DNA of 64,000 nucleotides from NCBI GenBank assembly GCA_964423815.1, contig CAYRGW010000002.1:4590-68589 (forward strand), given 5' to 3'. This document shows, in pieces, positions 53,806-61,415 of the stretch. The notes beneath the pieces are model-generated. The model was not told the DNA's origin, searched no databases, and saw only the letters and a list, made by a program, of their open reading frames with translations. A program made the translations under genes and the position numbers. Position 1 is the stretch's first letter; each line of letters opens with the position of its first letter. This DNA is from an uncultured Solibacteraceae bacterium. Lineage in GTDB: Bacteria > Acidobacteriota > Vicinamibacteria > Vicinamibacterales > SCN-69-37.

Positions 53806-54701
53806 GGGCGGTCCAGGAGTGGGATCAGTTCCGCCTCGACATAGTTGCGCAGCGCGTCCTGCCAGACGGGCATCGTGTTGATCCCCAGCAGGTCGAGCTT
53901 GAAGTTGCGCAACGCCTCGGACGCGGCGCGGGGCGCCGGCAGCGGGTAGTGATCGGAGGTGACGGGACTGACCTGCACATCCGGCCGTTCAAGAATGGCG
54001 CAGAGTTCCTTCGCGATTTCGAAGCGGGAACATGCGCCCTTGTTGGCCAGGTGGTAGGTGCCGAAATACCCCGTATCGAGCAGGGCGCGGATGCCGGTCA
54101 GCATGTCGCGGCAATACGTGGGGCTGCCCATCTTGTCGCTCACCGCGGTGAGGCTGGACTTGCCGTCGTGGATGAACTGCACCAGCTTGCCGACGAACTT
54201 CTTGTCTTTTTCGCCTCCGCCAATCATCCAGCCGGCGCGAATCACGAAATACCGCGAGAGCAGCGACTCCACGATACGTTCGCCGGCGAGTTTGGTATCG
54301 CCGTACACATTGGCCGGATGAGCTGCGTCAAATTCCGTGTACGGTTCGGCTTTGTCGCCGGAGAACACGCCGCCGGTGCTGATATAGACCATCACGGCAT
54401 CATGCCGTTGACACGCCAACGCGACGTTCTGCGTCCCGATGGCATTGGAGTGGTACGCCCAGTCAGGGTCCTGCTGGCAGCGATCGACATCGGTGGCGGC
54501 CGCCAGATGCAACACGACATCGGGTTTGACGTCGCGGGTCAACCGCATCACCGCACCGGGATCACGCACATCGAGTGCTTCAAAACCCGGAACCGCATCG
54601 GTCAGGATCAATTCGGCGTCGGCAAACTGGGCGGCAACGTAGCTGCCCACCATTCCTCCGGCGCCTGTCACCAGGATCCGTTGCTGTTGTTGCTCACTCA
54701 T
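53802..54701 (-). CDS. RmlD-like SDR 4-reductase (dTDP-4-dehydrorhamnose reductase family)
   Basis: 299 aa. ILVTGAGGMVGS, YGDTKLAGE, short RmlD-type substrate domain. Confidence 0.75.
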   Translation of the reverse strand: MSEQQQQRILVTGAGGMVGSYVAAQFADAELILTDAVPGFEALDVRDPGAVMRLTRDVKPDVVLHLAAATDVDRCQQDPDWAYHSNAIGTQNVALACQRHDAVMVYISTGGVFSGDKAEPYTEFDAAHPANVYGDTKLAGERIVESLLSRYFVIRAGWMIGGGEKDKKFVGKLVQFIHDGKSSLTAVSDKMGSPTYCRDMLTGIRALLDTGYFGTYHLANKGACSRFEIAKELCAILERPDVQVSPVTSDHYPLPAPRAASEALRNFKLDLLGINTMPVWQDALRNYVEAELIPLLDRP

Positions 54702-54743
54702 GCTCTGTATCCCTGCCCTGCCACGTGTCCTTGACGGCCCGAC

Positions 54744-55727
54744 CTAGACCGGCCGCATGCGCCGCAAGAGCGCCTGCGCGGCCATGGTGGTCACGGACAG
54801 CCCGGTCCGAACCCACGTGCCCTTCTGGTGGATCGTCCGTCCACCCATCCGGTCCTTGAAATGGAACACGCCAGGGTTGCCGGCCGGATCGAGGCCTTCA
54901 AGATTGTAGGTCACTGCACCGGCCGCCTGCGCCCATTGTAGGGCGGTCCACTGGATCAGGTTGGAGGCCCCGCGCTGAAACGACGCGTGTGTACTCGGCA
55001 CGCTGGCCCCGACGAGATAACCGGCCCGCTGATGGAAACGCACCATCAAGGCCGCAGAGACCAGAACACCATCGGCGGCCGTGGCCGCAAAAACGACGGC
55101 ATCTCCACTGAACTGCGGCACAAATCGCTGGGCGACGGGCTCAGGCACCCCCACCACAAACCCCTTGCGAACTGCGGTGGTGCCGGCCAGTTGATACAGA
55201 TCGTCAAGCCGCTCAGGCGCGTCGTGGCGGGTGATCGTGATCCCCGATTCCTCGCCCTTGTGCAGGTCGTTGCGCCACTTCTTGTGAAACCCTGCCCGAA
55301 TGGCGGCGAGGTCCTGCCTGAGGTCCAGGTGTGCGGTCATCCCCGCGCCGACCGGCCTGAACCCGCGGCGGCTCAGCACGGCCGCGGGGATGGTGTCGCG
55401 GTCGACCTACCAGTCGCAGACCAGGACCGCCCGCGGCAATCGGGCAATCAGGGCGTCCAACATCCGACCAAGCGCGGCGTCGCCCCCCGTCGCCTTCTGC
55501 CAGACCGGGCCTCGCGGACAGTACACAAGTTGCAGTCCATACCGGGACTTGACCAAACACTGCGCCGCGCCAACCACATCGGTCCCGTCGCGCAGGGCCA
55601 CACGCAGCGGCACCCAGCCGTCCGGACGCCGCGCCTCGCCCCAGGCGAAACTCTGCGTGAATTCGGCATCCGTGAACCCGCCACAGATGGCGTCCCACTC
55701 TTCAGGCGACTCGATTGAACTCAGCAA
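54744..55727 (-). pseudogene. FemAB-family transferase interrupted by a single in-frame TAG (55409-55407)
   Basis: The two track ORFs (55805-55407 and 55379-54744) share one frame. Junction reads ..LVCDW*VDRDTIPAAVLSRRG... Joined length is about 327 aa from the TTG start, close to the normal size for the family. The 5' start (TTG 55727) is tentative. Confidence 0.65.
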
Positions 55728-56790
55728 GAATCTGCTCCAGATGTGACGGCTGAAGGTCCTGATGGACCGGGAGTTCGAGCACACGCGCGGCCAGGAACCT
55801 CGCACCGCGCAGGTCCCCCTCGTCGGTCGGCACGTGGTCGAGCACCGGCGCTTCCGGAAAGCCCATGTTCAGCACGAGGCCCCGTTGCGCCATCGCGGCG
55901 GCCACCCGATCCCGGTCGTCGTGCAACAGCGGAAAACTGAAGGGGACGACGCCGTCGGGCAGGACCGGGAACATCGCGCGCTCACCAAGACGCGCGAGGT
56001 AGAAGTTGTAGTTCACTCGACGGCGTTCGGCAAACGCGTGGACATCGGTCGCGCTGTAGATGCGCCGGGCCATCGAGGACATCGCGGTGATCGGACTGAC
56101 CGGTGCCGTCGCATCCAGACTGCGGACGGCAGCCGATGTGGTCGCGCCGCCGACCGGTGGTCGCCACTGCACCCGGAAACAAACGCCCTTGACCGCCAGT
56201 CGTGCGAGGCCGGCCAGTGTGGTCATCCCCCGTGGTTGGGCGACCACCGGGTGCACTCGAAGACGGGGCTGGGTCACGAGGGCGCCGCCGTCGGGCAGCG
56301 GCAGCGATTTGCGCAGGCTGAAGATGGCGGCGTCTCCCACGCTGCCGAGCGGCCGTCCGCCGGCCTGCCCAAACAAGGCATGGGCACAGTCCTCGATGAG
56401 AGCAACACCCGCCGCGTCCGCCACCGCGCGCAGCCTCGCCACGTCCTGCGGGAAACCAAAATAGTGCACGACGTAAATCGCCCGGGTGCCGGGATGGATA
56501 CGCCGCGCGATGTCGTCGGGGTCCACCGCGCCCCGGTCGTCCACGGCGTACCACTCGGGCCGCACACCGGCCGCGCGAAACGCCCCGACCACTTCCGCGC
56601 ACAGGTAGGCCGGCGCGAGCACCGATTCATCGGCCCGCAGCCCCATCCCCTCGAACAGCGCACGAATGGCGTCGCTGCCGCGCGAGTAGAACGAGGTGGA
56701 CGCGGCGTCCAGGGCGGGGAAAGCCCGACTGGCCGTCTGTCCGGCAAACAGGTCGCGCACCTGCAGGGATGGTGCGGCCGGAATAAACAT
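55702..56790 (-). CDS. DegT/DnrJ/EryC1/StrS-family PLP-dependent sugar aminotransferase
   Basis: 362 aa from ATG 56790 (track ORF trimmed). YVVHYFGFP, IEDCAHALFG, DAAIFSLRKSLPLPDGG (PLP Lys). Confidence 0.8.
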   Translation of the reverse strand: MFIPAAPSLQVRDLFAGQTASRAFPALDAASTSFYSRGSDAIRALFEGMGLRADESVLAPAYLCAEVVGAFRAAGVRPEWYAVDDRGAVDPDDIARRIHPGTRAIYVVHYFGFPQDVARLRAVADAAGVALIEDCAHALFGQAGGRPLGSVGDAAIFSLRKSLPLPDGGALVTQPRLRVHPVVAQPRGMTTLAGLARLAVKGVCFRVQWRPPVGGATTSAAVRSLDATAPVSPITAMSSMARRIYSATDVHAFAERRRVNYNFYLARLGERAMFPVLPDGVVPFSFPLLHDDRDRVAAAMAQRGLVLNMGFPEAPVLDHVPTDEGDLRGARFLAARVLELPVHQDLQPSHLEQILAEFNRVA

Positions 56791-56794
56791 AGGG

Positions 56795-57439
56795 TCAGCC
56801 AGTCCGGCGAAGGCGGCGGAGCGAACGAAACACATCAGGCCGGTTCGGCTGGAGGATTTCCTTGAAACCCATCTTCTTGTAGAAACCAACAGCCGCCGCG
56901 CGACCGCCGGCCACCAGCACCAGCACCCGTTTCGCCGCTCCCCCGCGTCGGAGATCATCAACGACGCGGCCGAGCACGTAGAGGAACAAAAACCCACGCG
57001 CCGACGGGTCCGTGTACACCGGACCGACATACACGTCGCCGGACCTGAGCAACGCCGGATTAAACGGCACCTCCCGGATGGGAGACGTGGACGCATCCAG
57101 GAACACCCAGGTGTAATGCACAATCGTTCCGTCCCGCAATGCGAGATAACACCGCACGTCGTCGCGGCCAATCAAGGCAAAGTAGCGGCGGTCGTACGCG
57201 TCCGGGCCGGGGTCCCGACTGAAGACATCCGACTCAAGCGCAGGGATATCGCTCCGAGTGGCGAGCCGAACCTCGACCGGGTCTTTCTGGGGAAATGCCG
57301 CGAGGGTGTCCGTCAGGGAAAACTCGAGATAGTGAAACTCCCACTTCTCCCTCCAGTGGTAACGCGCGTAGGACTGCACACGTGTCCAGAGTCCCCCAAG
57401 ACCGTGCTGGCGAAGGGTGTTAAACCCGGCGCGAATCAC
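56795..57439 (-). CDS. GNAT-like acyltransferase, paralog 1
   Basis: Start at GTG 57439 (GTGA overlap with the E2 stop; alternative GTG at 57457). ..VYVGPVYTDPSARG.., AVGFYKKMGFKE. Aligns along its length with the 60774-61415 product. Confidence 0.65.
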   Translation of the reverse strand: MIRAGFNTLRQHGLGGLWTRVQSYARYHWREKWEFHYLEFSLTDTLAAFPQKDPVEVRLATRSDIPALESDVFSRDPGPDAYDRRYFALIGRDDVRCYLALRDGTIVHYTWVFLDASTSPIREVPFNPALLRSGDVYVGPVYTDPSARGFLFLYVLGRVVDDLRRGGAAKRVLVLVAGGRAAAVGFYKKMGFKEILQPNRPDVFRSLRRLRRTG

Positions 57440-58530
57440 GCGGTCTCCCCTCGCCACTCACGGTCGATGGCGTTCAGGAACGCCGCCGCACCGCTGCCGT
57501 TGGCCACGCGGTGATCAAAAGTCAGGGAGAGGTCCGCGAGGTCCACACCGGGCCGAGCGTCGGAGAGCGCCACAATCGCGGTCTGCCCCGGGGGAAGAAT
57601 CGGCTGAAAGTGGTGGACACCGCGGCCGAGCATTGATGTCACGGTGATGGTGGCCCCCGTGAGGTCGGCCGGCGTTAATGTCCGCTTTCCTGCGGCGATC
57701 TGAAGACGCCGCAGGTCCGTCGCGACATCCTTGAGCTCACGCGTGTCGGCATCCTTGACCACGATGACGTAGAGATCCTGATCGATGTCCAGCGCCACCC
57801 CGACGTGCACCGCCTCAAACACATGCGCCTGTTTGGCATCCGCGTCGAACTCGGCGTTGAAGATCCCGTGCGCGAGCGCTGCACGCGCCACCGCCTGCAC
57901 CAGCAGGTCGACGGGACTCACCAGTGTCTTGAGCTCCCGGGACACCGCGACCGCCCGGGTACGAATCGCCGCCATGTCCACCTCGCGGCTCAGGTGCGAG
58001 ACCGGAATCCTGGCGCCAAGCTCCATTGTGGCCGCCACACGTCGCTGGACCGGGCCCAGGACCTGCACCCGGAATGGCGCTCGAGCGGCCGGCGCGGACG
58101 CGGCCGCCTTGCGCGCTTCGGCCATCTCCACCACGTCGCGCTCACGAATCAACCCGCGCCCGGCAAACAACGCGGGGTCGAGGCCGAGCTCTTCCATCTT
58201 TCGAAGGGCCTTGGGACTGATCGTCGCCGGTGTCTCTGCGCCGGCGACCATCGCCTCCGGCAGCGGTGTATCGATCGAACTCGTGACAAAACCGAGGATC
58301 CCACCAATGGCCACCTCTGCCCCGACTGGTGCGCGATGCCTGGCGATGCCTGAGGCGGGAGCGGCCACGGCGACGGCGGCCTTCGACGTTTCGATCGTGC
58401 ACAGATCCGCGCCCTCCTGCACGGGCGCTCCGTCGTCGACGCTCCAGGACACAACGTAGACCGAATCCGCGTTGACGATCTCCCGGGGGACCAGGACGTG
58501 ATGCAATTCAGAACTCAAAGGCTGGGACAT
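57436..58530 (-). CDS. 2-oxoacid dehydrogenase E2-type lipoyl acyltransferase
   Basis: 364 aa from ATG 58530. Lipoyl domain (GADLCTIETSKAAVAV), E3-binding-like ISPKALRKMEELGLDP, catalytic core ending SLTFDHRVANGSGAAAF. Confidence 0.85.
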   Translation of the reverse strand: MSQPLSSELHHVLVPREIVNADSVYVVSWSVDDGAPVQEGADLCTIETSKAAVAVAAPASGIARHRAPVGAEVAIGGILGFVTSSIDTPLPEAMVAGAETPATISPKALRKMEELGLDPALFAGRGLIRERDVVEMAEARKAAASAPAARAPFRVQVLGPVQRRVAATMELGARIPVSHLSREVDMAAIRTRAVAVSRELKTLVSPVDLLVQAVARAALAHGIFNAEFDADAKQAHVFEAVHVGVALDIDQDLYVIVVKDADTRELKDVATDLRRLQIAAGKRTLTPADLTGATITVTSMLGRGVHHFQPILPPGQTAIVALSDARPGVDLADLSLTFDHRVANGSGAAAFLNAIDREWRGETA

Positions 58531-58537
58531 AAGGCGA

Positions 58538-60517
58538 TCATTCGACAAGACTGCGCATCGCCGAGACAACGCGCGCCACGTCCGGCAACACAGCGTCTTC
58601 GGCGGGCTTGGCATTCGGAATTGGCAGGTGCCGGGCTCCGACGCGTGCACACCGGGCCGATCGTGTCGCCGGGTTCTCGGCAATACGCGCGACCACTTCT
58701 GCGCCGAATCCCCAGGGTGCCGTGCCTTCTTCCACGACGAGCAACCGGCCGGTCCGACGAACGGACTCCAGAATGGGATCGATCCGCAATGGGGCCAGTT
58801 CGGCCGGCACGACGTATTCCGCGACCAACTCATCCTCGGCAAAACTTCGGGCCATGGCCTGTTCGACCACTTCGGTCATCGCCCCGTAGGTGACGACGGT
58901 CAGATCCGCCTGCGCGCCAACAGGCCTCCAGGTCGGTGTGGGGTACAACGCGTGCTGTTCCGACGCGGCGAGTTCCAGCACGGTGCCCGGAGGCGGTTCC
59001 GCGAGCAGCCGCCGCGCATAGAGCGACTTCTGCTCCACAAACAGCACCGGGCGATCGTCGTGCATCACGGCTCGTCGCAGCAGTTCGCCGGGATCGTGTC
59101 TCGCGCTGATCGCCACCACCGCGAGTCCAGGCACGCCGAGGAACATTTTTTCCAGCGACTGACTGTGCGTCGGACCGTATCCCCGGCGTCCGCCCATCGC
59201 GACGCGTACGACCGCTGGTGCGATGACCTTGTTGTTGTACATCCAGCGGAACTTGGCCAGATGATTGATGATCTGGTCCGCACAAAGGGTGACGAAATCA
59301 CCAAACATGATCTCGGCGATCGGACGGAATCCCCGAAGGCTCAGGCCGCCCGCCACCCCAACAATGCCGGCCTCGCTGATCGGGGTCGAGAGGACACGAT
59401 CCGGGAATCGGGTCGAGAGGCCACGGCTCACCTTGAATGCGCCGCCATAAGGATCGGCGAGATCCTCGCCGAGCATCACGACTCGATCGGAAGATTCAAA
59501 CAGTCTGTGAAGCGCCTGATTAAGATTCTGCACCACGAGTTGCGGGTCACCGTCGGGCACTGGCGCGAGCGCCGGCATGGGATCGCCCGTTGGTGATTCT
59601 GCGAGCTGACGTTCCTCGGCAAGCGCATCAATCTCAAGCACGGGTGTGGCTTCCGCGCGAGCCACGGACTGATCCACTCGCGCTTCAGCGGCGGTCCGTA
59701 TGGCGGCCGCCACGTCCGCGCCAACCTCCGCCCGCAGCGGAATCAGCGGACAAGCATTTTTGGCGCGCGCCAGCTCTTCAGGAGCGCGGTCATCGTCTCC
59801 CTTGCTGTGCGCGGCCATGCGATGGGTGTGGAGGATCTGGAAGAAGGGCGCACTGGTGCGTCGTACCTGATCAACGACGGCGCTCATGTGTGCGCACAGG
59901 GCCGGGCCATCCACCGCATCACGTTCGTCGGTGGCAATGCCGAACGCCGCGGCCCTGGCAGCCACGTCGCCGGCGATCGTGGTGGACGTGGGCGTCGATT
60001 GTGCGTACCCGTTGTGTTCCAGCACAAACAACACCGGCACCTGCCACAACGACGCCAAGTTAAACGCTTCGTAGACGGCGCCCTCACCCGTCGTGCCATC
60101 ACCCAGGAAACAGACGGCGACAGCGCCGGTGCCGGCCATCTTTTCGGCAAGGGCCATCCCGGTCGTCACCGGGACCAACCCACCCTGAATGCCGTTCGAA
60201 TAAAAATTCCGTTCGCACAGATGCTGGCTTCCGCCACGACCACCGCAGACCCCGGACTCCCGGCCCATAATCTCGGCGATCAGCGCATCAGGATTGTCCG
60301 AGTACATCAGGTAGTGGCCGTGACACCGATGTGGAGCGAAGACAATGTCTTTGGAGAGGTCAAGCGCGCCGACCACCGCCACGGCGCACAATTCCTGCCC
60401 GATACAGGTGTGCGTCGTGCCGAACAACCGGCCTTCCGCAAACAGGGAGAGGAGACGCTCTTCGACGGCGCGAATCAGCGAGACGCGCTCGAGCACTTCA
60501 CGGTTGCCGACGGTCAT
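58538..60517 (-). CDS. TPP-dependent 2-oxoacid dehydrogenase E1, fused alpha-beta subunits
   Basis: 659 aa. Alpha part: GRGGSQHL, GDGTTGEGAVYEAFNLASLW.VPVLFVLEHNGYA. Beta part: VMLGEDLADPYGGAFKVS.GL, TPISEAGIVG. Confidence 0.88.
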   Translation of the reverse strand: MTVGNREVLERVSLIRAVEERLLSLFAEGRLFGTTHTCIGQELCAVAVVGALDLSKDIVFAPHRCHGHYLMYSDNPDALIAEIMGRESGVCGGRGGSQHLCERNFYSNGIQGGLVPVTTGMALAEKMAGTGAVAVCFLGDGTTGEGAVYEAFNLASLWQVPVLFVLEHNGYAQSTPTSTTIAGDVAARAAAFGIATDERDAVDGPALCAHMSAVVDQVRRTSAPFFQILHTHRMAAHSKGDDDRAPEELARAKNACPLIPLRAEVGADVAAAIRTAAEARVDQSVARAEATPVLEIDALAEERQLAESPTGDPMPALAPVPDGDPQLVVQNLNQALHRLFESSDRVVMLGEDLADPYGGAFKVSRGLSTRFPDRVLSTPISEAGIVGVAGGLSLRGFRPIAEIMFGDFVTLCADQIINHLAKFRWMYNNKVIAPAVVRVAMGGRRGYGPTHSQSLEKMFLGVPGLAVVAISARHDPGELLRRAVMHDDRPVLFVEQKSLYARRLLAEPPPGTVLELAASEQHALYPTPTWRPVGAQADLTVVTYGAMTEVVEQAMARSFAEDELVAEYVVPAELAPLRIDPILESVRRTGRLLVVEEGTAPWGFGAEVVARIAENPATRSARCARVGARHLPIPNAKPAEDAVLPDVARVVSAMRSLVE

Positions 60518-60747
60518 TCGAGTCGGACGCCTTTCGCCCTCAACAGATCCGCAAGGTCGCGGACCGACAGGATGGCGACCACTTCCTCAAGGGGAATTTC
60601 CACCTGGTACTCCGCTTCGACGGCCCCCATCAAGTGCACGTGATGAAACGAGTCCCACACGCCCAGCGTGAGGGGACCGCTCTCGTCGTTAATCTCTGAC
60701 GCGTCAATATTCAGCGTCTTGGCCACGAACCCATACAATTTCTTCAC
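60514..60747 (-). CDS. acyl carrier protein
   Basis: 77 aa from GTG 60747 (GGGGGAG SD 3 nt upstream). LGVWDSFHHVHLM carries the Ser attachment motif. ATGA-type overlap with E1. Confidence 0.75.
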   Translation of the reverse strand: MKKLYGFVAKTLNIDASEINDESGPLTLGVWDSFHHVHLMGAVEAEYQVEIPLEEVVAILSVRDLADLLRAKGVRLE

Positions 60748-60773
60748 TGCTCCCCCATCATCCACTAGCAACT

Positions 60774-61415
60774 CTAAACCAGTCGTCCGCCTCGCAGCCA
60801 CCTCAGCAGGGGCGGTCCCGGGCGCCGGCCCGTCTCCTGAAAACCGATGCGCCGATAGAAGCGCGGCAACGCGGAGACTCGCCCATCGACCATGAGCAAC
60901 AGCCGATCCTTCTTCAGGGCGCGCAGGTCACGCAGCACCCGGGTGAGCACAGCCGGGTAGATCGCGCCATGCACGCCCGGGCGCGTGAACACCGGGCCAA
61001 TGTAGACATCGTTGTCACCCAGGTGTCCCACCGGGAGCGTGGCCAGGATCGACGCCCTCGCATTCAGGTTGACCCAGCTGTAATGAACGATGCTGCCCGA
61101 CACTTCGGCCAGATAACAGCGGACCGACGACGAATCCCCAAGCGACTGAAAATACCGGCGTTCGTACGCGTGGTGCCCGATCAGGAACGGAAACACCTCC
61201 GCCTCGATCCTGGGCACATCGAGCCGCGTCGCCTCGCGGATGACGATACTGGCCGGCGCCGGAAATTCGGAGACCTTGTCGGTCATGCGCGCGGCGAAGT
61301 ACACGAACTGGTATTTGTCCCACGAGTGGTACTTCACAAACTGCGCTGTGCTGCGGAGCGTCCCGACCAGGCCTCGTTCGGCCAGACTTGCCACGACTGG
61401 CCGCCTACGACTCAT
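60774..61415 (-). CDS. GNAT-like acyltransferase, paralog 2
   Basis: 213 aa from ATG 61415 (overlaps the upstream TGA by 1 nt). ..VYIGPVFTRPGVHG.., RFYRRIGFQE. Confidence 0.65.
   Translation of the reverse strand: MSRRRPVVASLAERGLVGTLRSTAQFVKYHSWDKYQFVYFAARMTDKVSEFPAPASIVIREATRLDVPRIEAEVFPFLIGHHAYERRYFQSLGDSSSVRCYLAEVSGSIVHYSWVNLNARASILATLPVGHLGDNDVYIGPVFTRPGVHGAIYPAVLTRVLRDLRALKKDRLLLMVDGRVSALPRFYRRIGFQETGRRPGPPLLRWLRGGRLV

Noticed and set aside
57436-58842. Long N-terminal extensions of track ORFs: E2 to 58842, ispE to 2692, CapE to 46946, the membrane protein to 37675, the ligase-like gene from 33748, the aminotransferase to 57171 and the oxidoreductase to 52894.
   Set aside because: The extensions overlap the 3' ends of upstream genes and are compositionally odd. 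Internal ATG/GTG codons placed at or within a few nt of the upstream stop (ATGA/GTGA couplings) give family-typical N-termini.
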